The notes beneath the pieces were generated by a model. The model searched no databases. It worked only from the letters and a program-made list of their open reading frames with translations, and was not told where the DNA came from. Position numbers and translations under genes: made by a program. Of a DNA stretch of 62,288 nt, positions 37,404 through 45,867 are shown piece after piece. Within the stretch, counting starts at the first letter, position 1; each line of letters starts with the position of its first letter. This stretch comes from Thermoplasmatota archaeon (GTDB lineage: Archaea; Thermoplasmatota; E2; DHVEG-1), in NCBI GenBank assembly GCA_016927555.1, contig JAFGML010000025.1, forward strand, positions 1 through 62,288. The letters run 5' to 3'.

Positions 37404-37853
37404 TTACGCCCCTTGTTTATGGTAGACGACTTGCTTGATGTCCTCAATATTTCTTTCCACCAGCTCTAGTGCTTTTGTTGGACAGGCACGCACGCAGGAG
37501 CCACAGGAGATGCACTTGAACGGCTCGATGCGCACGTCTGTTTTACGCATCGCACCAATAGGGCAGAACCCGACGCAGGCTTGACACCCGATGCACGTTT
37601 CTTTATCGAGCCACACCACACCGTTTTTCCTCCGTGTCAAAGCACCTACCGGGCACATGTCGAGACACAACCCACGTTGATCGCAGACGTGCATCGCGAA
37701 ATCTTTGTTGTGCTTGAGAATACGGATGGCGGAGAGCTCTCCACCTTTCTTTGATTTAAAATGGACTTGTGAGCATGCTTTTTCACAGTCAAGACAACCG
37801 GTGCATTTCTCCGCATGGAAGATGAGGACTTTCACAGTGGTTGGTTGGCTCAT
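37404..37853 (-). CDS. 4Fe-4S poly-ferredoxin subunit (AOR small subunit-like)
   Basis: CTGCLDCEKAC, CDQRGLCLDMCP, CIGCQACVGFCP, CISCGSCVRACP. Confidence 0.9.
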   Translation of the reverse strand: MSQPTTVKVLIFHAEKCTGCLDCEKACSQVHFKSKKGGELSAIRILKHNKDFAMHVCDQRGLCLDMCPVGALTRRKNGVVWLDKETCIGCQACVGFCPIGAMRKTDVRIEPFKCISCGSCVRACPTKALELVERNIEDIKQVVYHKQGA

Positions 37854-37866
37854 TTTTGAAACCTCG

Positions 37867-38517
37867 CTACAACCACCAGATGATGATGGTGTTTGTGATC
37901 ACCACTATCCAGCAGAGGGCTGACACTCCATAGGTGAGGGGGTAGTACAATCGATCTGTTACGTGAATGTCAATGTGTTGTACTGCAAAGACCACAGGAA
38001 CGGTCACTGCTCCGAGCAGGGCAGCAAGCAACCCGCTCGCAAGGATGTTGGGGATAAATCCAATCAGATTCGCGAGGTGGAACCCTGCTGACGAGACGAA
38101 GGGGGTGAGGATCTGTGTGATGATGTACCCGCTGATGTACACGAGATAGGTGATGGTGGTCCCAAGACTTGTCTGTATGGTCACTGTCTGCTTCTGTTTC
38201 ATATCGACCGACAGCCCTGTCCAGATGAGGTCAAAGAGGACTCCTTCTGCCATAATCGCTATGGCAGAGCATAGGAAACACCCGCCAAATGGGTTGAATA
38301 ACCGTAGGCTTCCTGCGATCAGGCCGATGCCTGCCTGCATCCCAGGTTGTCGAAACGCTAGTCTACTGTACGAGAGCAGGCCAATGGCAAACACACTGGT
38401 CATAATCGCTCCCGCAGGGAGATTGACATCACGTAGGAATGAGCCAATGATGCACTCTGAAAACCCCCAGAGCGACCCAAAGACGAGGATTGCTGCAATC
38501 AGCTTCGTTCTTTCCAT
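37867..38517 (-). CDS. About 6-TM membrane protein resembling ECF S-components
   Basis: Size and hydropathy; LWGFSE..IG, P.G.G...G..A, AIAIMAEG pattern. Family call is by resemblance only. Confidence 0.55.
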   Translation of the reverse strand: MERTKLIAAILVFGSLWGFSECIIGSFLRDVNLPAGAIMTSVFAIGLLSYSRLAFRQPGMQAGIGLIAGSLRLFNPFGGCFLCSAIAIMAEGVLFDLIWTGLSVDMKQKQTVTIQTSLGTTITYLVYISGYIITQILTPFVSSAGFHLANLIGFIPNILASGLLAALLGAVTVPVVFAVQHIDIHVTDRLYYPLTYGVSALCWIVVITNTIIIWWL

Positions 38518-38519
38518 AG

Positions 38520-38915
38520 TTACATCACCTCGATTCGTACGATATCATCGACTCGAAACGCTTTTGGTAGATCTGTGAAAACTGCTTTTCCCTCAGCCGT
38601 CAGCAACCCGTTCCTCAAATTCTCCCAGGTCACGGTTTTTTCATAGCCATCTGCTCCAACGAGGGTGTACTGATGGTGCCCGGGGTCAGAGACACCGGCT
38701 GTGATGATCAGGTCATCAAATGCAATACCTGAATAGTTGAGGTTAGGAAACTCCCGTGGTTGTACCAGGGAAAACAGCTGGTCGAGAGTGTACATCTGTC
38801 CGTTCACCTCGACAGACTCTGTGGGGAGTTGCGTTGTGTACACGTACATCGATGATACACTCCCGGTGAGTAAAACGAGTAGCGCACACAGTGGAATGAG
38901 TTGTTCCTTCCCCAT
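38520..38915 (-). CDS. Membrane-anchored truncated molybdopterin-binding (SUOX/MsrP-like) fold protein without the catalytic Cys
   Basis: YTLDQL, YSGIAFDDLI...G, LVGADGY...V.W.NL, RV.DIV.IEV. Confidence 0.6.
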   Translation of the reverse strand: MGKEQLIPLCALLVLLTGSVSSMYVYTTQLPTESVEVNGQMYTLDQLFSLVQPREFPNLNYSGIAFDDLIITAGVSDPGHHQYTLVGADGYEKTVTWENLRNGLLTAEGKAVFTDLPKAFRVDDIVRIEVM

Positions 38916-38948
38916 CGGTATCGAAGGGAGGGATGCTCCAAGAGCTAT

Positions 38949-39689
38949 TTAATCGTTATGACATGCAGCGCGCACACCGTTCTTCCGTACTCGCTCAGCA
39001 AAATGCCGTAGCGTCTCTTCATCTTGGGGTCGCCATTGAATACGCTCCAGGAGCGCATAGGCGATTTCTGTGTTGAGGTGCTCGACAGGCCATTTCGCGG
39101 CTCGAAGGTAGGCGTTGATACACGCGTGGCAGAGCTGCACTTTTTCCTTGGTAAACATGGGGTCTGTGCTGAGTAGCGATGCGCAGAGTGTCGCGACATC
39201 TTCGCTTGGTTTTCCGGGACGTGACTCCTCAAAGTCAACGCCCCAGACACGGTCTTTGCTGAAAATAAAATTACGCAGGCTTGCGTCACCACGGATGCGA
39301 AATCCATCCTCTGATCTGAATAACGAATGGAATTGAACCAACCAGTCAGCTAGTAGCAGAATGATGCGTTCTTTCTCCTGGAATGTCTTGTGACTATCGT
39401 TGATGATATCACAGACATTTTCCCCCATGATGTAGCTCATGATCAGGACGTTGTTGTCTGTATCTTTGTCAAGAGGCGAGGGTATCGCGAGCTCAGCGCA
39501 CCCTTTTTGTAGAATGCTGTACTCAAGGTCCATGTTCTGCTTCAAGCCTGGGACAAACCATTTGAACACCCGGGGTTGGCCTTCATAGACGACATAGCCG
39601 ACTGTGTTTTTTTTACTCTCAAACTCTTTTTGTAACAACGCGGATTGGTACTTCTCCTCTTTCTTCAGAAGGTCTTTAATATCTCTCAT
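38949..39689 (-). CDS. APH/choline-kinase/RIO-like phosphotransferase
   Basis: VFKWF (beta-3 Lys), E helix, LIMSYIMGE, RGDASLRNF catalytic loop, GVDFE, EDVA. Confidence 0.75.
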   Translation of the reverse strand: MRDIKDLLKKEEKYQSALLQKEFESKKNTVGYVVYEGQPRVFKWFVPGLKQNMDLEYSILQKGCAELAIPSPLDKDTDNNVLIMSYIMGENVCDIINDSHKTFQEKERIILLLADWLVQFHSLFRSEDGFRIRGDASLRNFIFSKDRVWGVDFEESRPGKPSEDVATLCASLLSTDPMFTKEKVQLCHACINAYLRAAKWPVEHLNTEIAYALLERIQWRPQDEETLRHFAERVRKNGVRAACHND

Positions 39690-39743
39690 TCTCAATGACG
39701 AGTAATAGACGAAAAGACATAAAGGTTGTGATGAGAAACAACT

Positions 39744-40349
39744 CTATGTCCCTGGAGTGACCTCTATTAGAGTCACCATCTTCAGCCAGAATTCTGAGGG
39801 AGTAAAGGCGCCCTCATCAACGTACGCTATCCGTAAGGGACCAACATCAGTGTCATTTATATATTCATCATTTTCCTTGTACACGAGCACCATCGTTACC
39901 TCTCCAGATTCAAGGACTTCTCCTGCGTCATTGTACATTGGAACGATTCCTTTGATTTCGCTGAGAGTATAGGTTCTTGAATAATTATCAATAGAGGTAA
40001 CAGTGATACTGTAATTATTCGGGAGCCCTTGGAGGTGTTCCAGCAGAACGAGAAGGGGAACCCCTGTGTATTCGAAGGGACCAGTCGTGCTCACTGTTGG
40101 AAGAACCTTTGTCTTAATGTACCCCCCACTTCCTGTGATTGGTTCTAATGCTTCTAAATCATCTAACGTGTAATTTGTGTATGAACCATTGAATGAAACA
40201 GTGAGAAGTGTTGTTGATGGTACTAGCGGGGTCGTTGAGTCTTGTTCTGTTTGCGGTGGTGGGAGATTCACGTAGATGAACACAGCTAGTGAGAGGAGAA
40301 GTGCGCCGGCGACTGCTGCTGAAAGGATGATATGTGTTGTTTTTGCCAT
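39744..40349 (-). CDS. Membrane-anchored molybdopterin-binding (SUOX/MsrP-like) fold protein with no Cys
   Basis: YTLDDLEAL, EYTGVPLLVLLE, VTSIDNY, VLVYKENDE, GPLRI, WLKMVTLIEV. Confidence 0.72.
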   Translation of the reverse strand: MAKTTHIILSAAVAGALLLSLAVFIYVNLPPPQTEQDSTTPLVPSTTLLTVSFNGSYTNYTLDDLEALEPITGSGGYIKTKVLPTVSTTGPFEYTGVPLLVLLEHLQGLPNNYSITVTSIDNYSRTYTLSEIKGIVPMYNDAGEVLESGEVTMVLVYKENDEYINDTDVGPLRIAYVDEGAFTPSEFWLKMVTLIEVTPGT

Positions 40350-40373
40350 GCGATGGCGTATTTGCTAGTTCTA

Positions 40374-41294
40374 TTAAACAGTTTCTAACACCTCAGGGCT
40401 GCGCGTTGTCCGTGCTGTCAGGACGATACCGATGAGGATAATTCCGCCACCAATCACTGTGTAGGCTGATGGTACTTGTGCCGCCCAGGACACGGCGATG
40501 AATTGTGGAATGAGAAATGCTAACAACGACGAGCCTATCGGTTCTCCGAGCAGAGCCACGGACATCACCGAAGCGTTGATGTGGCCAAGGGACCAGTTGT
40601 AGAGTGTATGGCCGAAGATACCAGAGATTAACGCCATGAAGAAGATGAGGATGGAGTCGTTTGAACTCACAATATGTACCGGTTCTCCCAGTAGCAGGCA
40701 GATGAACAACAACGTGATGGTGCTGACGCTGTAGACGACGAAGGCGTACGATACCGTTGAGACTGTTCTCCTCAGCTTGCGTCCTCCGAGGATGTAGAGT
40801 CCTGCAGCGGCACCTCCGAGCATGGCTAGGATGTTGCCTTCGATGGTGTTGAATCCAAACGCTGAGAACCCGTAGTTCCCTATGACGAGGACGGCGATAC
40901 CAACCAGGGAGATGGTGATGCCGAACACGTTCACCCAGCTGAGTTTCTCTTTGAAGAAGTAGAACGAGACTGGTGCGACGAGAACCGGGTGTGCTGTGAC
41001 CAGGACCACTGAACTAGCAACCGACGTCAGTGTTAACGACGTGATCCACAGCGCGAAGTGTGCTGCAAGGATCACCCCGATGAGTATCATAATTCCTACG
41101 GTGAGTCGTGGGAGCGCTCGGAGTTCATTTCGTATTGGTTTTCGTAGGAGGACAAGTGGGGCGAGAAGAAGGGTGGTGAAGAGGATGCGGTAGAATGCGA
41201 TGCTGAGTGGTGGTGCGGTACAGGATAAAATAAAAATAGATGCGAAGGATACTGCGACGATAGAAATAAACAGGCCCAGGTAGTGCTTCTGCAT
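40374..41294 (-). CDS. EamA/DMT family transporter
   Basis: Two EamA halves; IAFYR, AHF.LWITSL..TSVASSVVL, GHTLYNWSL, LGEPIGSSLLA. Confidence 0.9.
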   Translation of the reverse strand: MQKHYLGLFISIVAVSFASIFILSCTAPPLSIAFYRILFTTLLLAPLVLLRKPIRNELRALPRLTVGIMILIGVILAAHFALWITSLTLTSVASSVVLVTAHPVLVAPVSFYFFKEKLSWVNVFGITISLVGIAVLVIGNYGFSAFGFNTIEGNILAMLGGAAAGLYILGGRKLRRTVSTVSYAFVVYSVSTITLLFICLLLGEPVHIVSSNDSILIFFMALISGIFGHTLYNWSLGHINASVMSVALLGEPIGSSLLAFLIPQFIAVSWAAQVPSAYTVIGGGIILIGIVLTARTTRSPEVLETV

Positions 41295-41341
41295 CGCAGT
41301 GAGTAATCGTGCGCCCCGCTATTTGTTTTTCTCTCTTTGTT

Positions 41342-42532
41342 TTACGAGGGCTGAGCGAATGGTTTCGAGTAGTTCACGAGGAGGACGAGGGAGAAGAGCA
41401 GGGTGAGTGCCCCCAGTAAGGCAAACGGCATCCAGATGCCGATGAGATCAGCAAGCAGGCCACCTGCGAAGAGCAGGATGGTTCCTCCACCAGTTTGGAA
41501 AGTAAAGGTGAGTCCAAAGGTCCAGCCTTCCACAGATTCATGGGTGACCTCAGAGATGAACGATGCCAAAGCAGGATACGTGAGGAACACCGCAATGCCA
41601 AGGAGGATCATCAGGATGATGAGGATCCAGAGGGTGGTGACCACGGCCAACGCAAGGCTAATACTTCCTATGAGAATGTAGGAGATGAGGAGGAGTTTTT
41701 TCCTACCAACATACGATTGTATTGTGCCATAGGACAAGGACGCAAGGCTTCCCACCACCGCCCACAGGGCGATTAACACTCCGATGAGGGGCAGCGAATA
41801 CGTAGTTTTTTCTGTCAGCAGTAACGGCAGGTAGGTCACGATGATGCCCCAGCAGGCTCCGCTGATGACAAACGCAGGGACTAAGCGGCGCATGGATCGT
41901 ATTCGTTTCATAGCATCGTGCAGTGTCTCCTTAACAGAGTGCTGTGTTGTATCCCGGGGGACAATGAGCAGTGATTTCTCCAGGGCTGTAGTCAAACCTA
42001 GACTGAGCAGTAAGATCAGGGTGCCGAGGACTGCCCAGATGAACAAGGGAATGGTCCAGTGGGTCAGCTCGCTGATGAACAGCGTTGTTGCAAGAGCAGT
42101 GAAGACACCAATGTCTGCTGCGCCACTCTGAATGCCCATAGCCCAATCCAACTTTCCTCTCTTGTAGGTTCGTGAGATCCATCCGGTGCCGATGGGGTGG
42201 AAGAACGCAGTCGCGAATCGCAGTAGGAAGACGAAGAGCAGCAGCGTGAGGTAGTTCGAGCTGAAGGTGAGCAGTAGCAATGCAATGCAGGTGAACAGGA
42301 TGCCGATGTGAAGAAAGATATCGACGTTTTTCCCGTCAGCTAGCCTTCCGAGTATCAATTGTCCAACAAGGGTGAGGAACAGTCCTCCGCCCGTGATGAT
42401 TCCCACCTCAGTGTAACTGAGGGTGAAGAGATCTTTGAAGACAGGAAACAGAATAGCGATGACCGTGACTGCGGCATCGTTCACTGCATGAATCATACTC
42501 ACGCTCGTCAGAATCCTTCCCTGAGGTGTCAT
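41342..42532 (-). CDS. MFS transporter (FSR-like)
   Basis: HAVND, GRLAD, FFHP.G; 12 hydrophobic segments. Confidence 0.88.
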   Translation of the reverse strand: MTPQGRILTSVSMIHAVNDAAVTVIAILFPVFKDLFTLSYTEVGIITGGGLFLTLVGQLILGRLADGKNVDIFLHIGILFTCIALLLLTFSSNYLTLLLFVFLLRFATAFFHPIGTGWISRTYKRGKLDWAMGIQSGAADIGVFTALATTLFISELTHWTIPLFIWAVLGTLILLLSLGLTTALEKSLLIVPRDTTQHSVKETLHDAMKRIRSMRRLVPAFVISGACWGIIVTYLPLLLTEKTTYSLPLIGVLIALWAVVGSLASLSYGTIQSYVGRKKLLLISYILIGSISLALAVVTTLWILIILMILLGIAVFLTYPALASFISEVTHESVEGWTFGLTFTFQTGGGTILLFAGGLLADLIGIWMPFALLGALTLLFSLVLLVNYSKPFAQPS

Positions 42533-42625
42533 GGTGTGCTAGGCGGGTAAGGGTTGACACATTATATTCCTTGCTGGTGCTGTCGAAGGATAAAACATAA
42601 ACCCTCTGGTGTGTTATCATTTTTT

Positions 42626-43234
42626 ATGTCAGCCCCTGTTGTGTATGGAGTCTATGGACCATCTGATTCTGGAAAAACAAGGCTTGTGGAACAGCTCGTT
42701 ACTACTTTTACTAAAGACGGGTATAGTGTTGCGACAGTGAAACAAACACACAAAGCCATATCCTTAGACATGGCGCACAAAGACACCTGGCGACACCATG
42801 CTGCTGGAGCCAGGCTCGTGGTCTTCTCCTCTGCTTCTGAGACCGTTTTTCTTGTCCACCATCGTCTTGACAGTAGTACTATTCTTCAGAGAGTACACGA
42901 CTTCGGCGGGATAGATCTTGTCCTTGTGGAAGGAGCCCGCGATCCATCTATACCGAAGATACAGCTTGGGATGGGGAAAAAACGGACTCACACTCTTCTG
43001 ACGTACTCCAATAATTACTCTGATGTTCTATCAATAATCAAAAAAGAGTTGAAAATGAAACAATCGTTACATCGCATTCACATCACTGTTAATGGGAAAA
43101 GTATCCCTCTCTCCGCATTCCCTGAAAGCATTTTTACCAATACGCTCATTGGAATGTTGCAATCGTTGAAAGGCGTCCGTGACATCACTGATGTCACGAT
43201 TCAGTTACACCATAACAAAAAGAAAAAACGCTGA
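42626..43234 (+). CDS. mobB: Molybdopterin-guanine dinucleotide biosynthesis protein MobB with archaeal C-terminal domain
   Basis: Start moved to MSAPVV. P-loop GPSDSGKT, VATVKQTH, KDTWRHHAAGA, LVLVEG; C-terminal ITVNGK.IPL..FP..I. Confidence 0.9.
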   Translation: MSAPVVYGVYGPSDSGKTRLVEQLVTTFTKDGYSVATVKQTHKAISLDMAHKDTWRHHAAGARLVVFSSASETVFLVHHRLDSSTILQRVHDFGGIDLVLVEGARDPSIPKIQLGMGKKRTHTLLTYSNNYSDVLSIIKKELKMKQSLHRIHITVNGKSIPLSAFPESIFTNTLIGMLQSLKGVRDITDVTIQLHHNKKKKR

Positions 43235-43254
43235 TCTCTTTTTTTTGATTCTCG

Positions 43255-43377
43255 TCATATGGAACCGGTAACGTTAATCACCAGTAACAGGAGGATAATC
43301 AAGGAAATAATGCATATACTTACGATGTCTTCCGCTTTCTCTTTTCTAGTCCGTATGTTGCATCCCGTCCCGCTCAT
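43255..43377 (-). CDS. Possible 40-aa single-TM microprotein
   Basis: MSGTGCNIRTRKEKAEDIVSICIISLIILLLLVINVTGSI*; no clear RBS. Confidence 0.25.
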   Translation of the reverse strand: MSGTGCNIRTRKEKAEDIVSICIISLIILLLLVINVTGSI

Positions 43378-43651
43378 TCGTATGAACTATCACCATTTAA
43401 ATCTTTACTATTTTTTCAACAACACGCTTCGTCATCGGCGCATCACTCGTCGTTCCAGAAGAGCTTCTTCGCACCTACATATCCACGTGTATATGCAGTT
43501 GCCAAAAAATCATATAAACCCTTTTTTTGGAATTTTCAGTCACTGACAGACTTGGAACAACCAGTGACCGGCGTTGACTTCTTGTTTGTGTCCGTTTTGC
43601 CATGGGGCGTTCTGGTTAAGTCTTTAAACCATCCTTCGATGTTGGTTGTAC

Positions 43652-44074
43652 ATGAGACCAAGAACGCCGGCTCTTACAGTGGACGGTATTCTTCTGAGAG
43701 GGCAGTCGGTCCTCCTCGTGCAGCGAAAGCATCCACCGTTCCAGGGGGCCTGGGCGTTACCCGGCGGGTTTGTCGAGTACGGCGAAACCACTGAGAAAGC
43801 ACTGGTGCGGGAGATGCTTGAGGAAACCAGTCTGCATGTGTCCATACGCTCGCTGGTTGGCGTGTACTCTGATCCACAGCGGGATCCACGGGGCCATACT
43901 GTGACTGTCGCGTACCTTGTGCGACGAGTAAGCGGGTCCTTAGAGGCTGGTGATGACGCCAGCACTGTAAAGTTTTTCAAGCGGCAGCAGTTACCGGTAT
44001 TAGCATTTGATCATGCAAGAATCCTGAAGGATGCATTCGCGAGGGGTGCATATGGAGTTTTGTCCAAAGTGTAA
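43652..44074 (+). CDS. NUDIX hydrolase (ADP-ribose pyrophosphatase-like)
   Basis: WALPGGFVEYGETTEKALVREMLEET Nudix box; RDPRGH; LAFDH. Confidence 0.92.
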   Translation: MRPRTPALTVDGILLRGQSVLLVQRKHPPFQGAWALPGGFVEYGETTEKALVREMLEETSLHVSIRSLVGVYSDPQRDPRGHTVTVAYLVRRVSGSLEAGDDASTVKFFKRQQLPVLAFDHARILKDAFARGAYGVLSKV

Positions 44075-44351
44075 GGTCTTGATGGTTCCAAAGGATGACA
44101 AGTTCGTCTGTACGAAGTGTGGTGCTACAAAAAAGAAAGGTGGCCGATCTGTCGTAGTTGAGAAGCAGAAGCAGAAAGAAACCGTGGTGCTCGAAAAGAA
44201 GATTGACATTCTCCCTAAAATCCGCATAGAATGTCCGAAGTGTGGGAATAAAGAGGCGTATTGGGTGTTGCGGCAGACCAGGGCTAGCGATGAACCTGAG
44301 ACCAGGATTTTTACGTGTACAAAATGTGAGCATCGGTGGCGGCAATATTAA
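44052..44351 (+). CDS. tfs: Transcript cleavage factor TFS (RpoM/TFIIS family)
   Basis: Start moved to MEFCPKC. Two Zn ribbons and the catalytic hairpin QTRASDEPETR. Confidence 0.93.
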   Translation: MEFCPKCKVLMVPKDDKFVCTKCGATKKKGGRSVVVEKQKQKETVVLEKKIDILPKIRIECPKCGNKEAYWVLRQTRASDEPETRIFTCTKCEHRWRQY

Positions 44352-44403
44352 GATCAACGTGAAGAGAAAAGTATATTAACAATTGTTAATTAGGGGGTGT
44401 GGG

Positions 44404-44910
44404 ATGAACAGAAGCACCGACCTCTCCTCCATCTACCCTCGCCTCATCAGCACCTATGAAGAGGTGAAACGAGCCGTGCAACACAGTGAGGGGCGCTCCC
44501 GCGCAGGACTCATGCTCGGACTGCAGGAAATCGGGACATCACAACGCGGGTTTATAGGGGCGTACTACCCAATCGCATCAAATATCATCATTGTGAATAA
44601 AACACCTCTCCGCCGCATTCTTGAGACCAACACCACGTTGCTTGAACCCTACTCGTTTCACATTCTGCTGCACGAGTACATACACTCCCTCGGCTACCTC
44701 GATGAAGCCATCACCACTCGCAAAACCTATGAAATCAGTAAGCAACACTTTGGAGCCCGTCACATCGTCACAGAACTCTCAACCAATATCAGAAAGTACT
44801 TCCCGAGCCTCGTCTATCCGCTACAAGGGTGGATTCCCGCAGGAGAACCCCTGCGCATTGAACTGGTTCCGGGGTTTGATTACTCCAACACCACACCCTA
44901 CATCACGTAA
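44404..44910 (+). CDS. Uncharacterised HExxH metallopeptidase-like protein
   Basis: LLHEYIHSLGYLDE motif; IGAYY strand. Confidence 0.7.
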   Translation: MNRSTDLSSIYPRLISTYEEVKRAVQHSEGRSRAGLMLGLQEIGTSQRGFIGAYYPIASNIIIVNKTPLRRILETNTTLLEPYSFHILLHEYIHSLGYLDEAITTRKTYEISKQHFGARHIVTELSTNIRKYFPSLVYPLQGWIPAGEPLRIELVPGFDYSNTTPYIT

Positions 44911-45030
44911 AAAATGGTAAAAAATGACGAGAACCTGATTTTTTTATCATTTTATATATAAAAAACAGAAAATTATATAAATACCCGAAAACAATAGAGA
45001 TGCAATCACTCTATCAAAAGAGGTCTGAGT

Positions 45031-45696
45031 ATGATGAAAAAAACTCTCATAGCAGGAAGCATGGCACTCCTCTTCATAGCCGTCTGTTTCGTCCCGGCCA
45101 GTGCACTCCCGGTTCAATCGAATGAAGACGCTTTGCAAGAGGCAACGCTCCTTGAGACCTTCATGGAGAAAGTCGAGGCTATTGCCGCTGAATCAACTAC
45201 CTTCAATGCGTTTGCCGAAAAACTCCAGAACCTGTGCTTAAGCACCGAATTTGGGAAACATCCTGTGATCCGGGAAATCATCGTAAGAATCCTGCAGAAC
45301 CTTCTCAGAGAACGAGACTTCGTCATCGGAGGGATCAATGTCGGAGATCTCCTCGGGAAACTCATCAAAAAGCACCAACCTTCCTTTTTTGTCATCAGCT
45401 TTGGTGCCTATACGAGACTTAACCCACGAAAAGAGAACTCCATTGATCGATTCAAAGAACGCCTCTCCCTCTGGCGCTACACTGATGCAGCGAAGTTGCT
45501 CAAGGGCAGAACACTCATCCTGGAGCGACACCCCTTTGGAGTACACCAGAAGCTACAGGGGCCACAGCTCGGGTTGATGAGAGGCTTTAAAGGAATCTAC
45601 CTTGATATTGAAAGCAAGCTGACTGGGAATTCCTACGTCTTCTTCATCGGCCGTGTCAGTCGCATCCGCGCCTTTGATCTCACGCCACTCAAATAG
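45031..45696 (+). CDS. Secreted hypothetical protein, paralog A
   Basis: Own TATA (ttatataaa); leader MMKKTLIAGSMALLF; shares motifs with 45868..46533. Confidence 0.8.
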   Translation: MMKKTLIAGSMALLFIAVCFVPASALPVQSNEDALQEATLLETFMEKVEAIAAESTTFNAFAEKLQNLCLSTEFGKHPVIREIIVRILQNLLRERDFVIGGINVGDLLGKLIKKHQPSFFVISFGAYTRLNPRKENSIDRFKERLSLWRYTDAAKLLKGRTLILERHPFGVHQKLQGPQLGLMRGFKGIYLDIESKLTGNSYVFFIGRVSRIRAFDLTPLK

Positions 45697-45867
45697 ACAC
45701 CCCTCTTTTTTTTTCTTCCTTTTTCAGTCAAAATTTTACTTATTCACTCAGTCTTTTCTTGTCATTTTTCGGCATTTGCCTTACTCCTATAGTAGAAAAT
45801 TATATAAATGGTTAAGATAATATAGATTTACAGAAAACGATTTAAATTCGGAAAAGAGGGCCAAAAT

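Noticed and set aside
39744-40349. Calling this gene an active sulfite oxidase or MsrP
   Set aside because: No cysteine is available to ligate Mo.
43259-43546. 95-aa plus-strand ORF after mobB
   Set aside because: No RBS, atypical composition, spans terminator- and promoter-like tracts.
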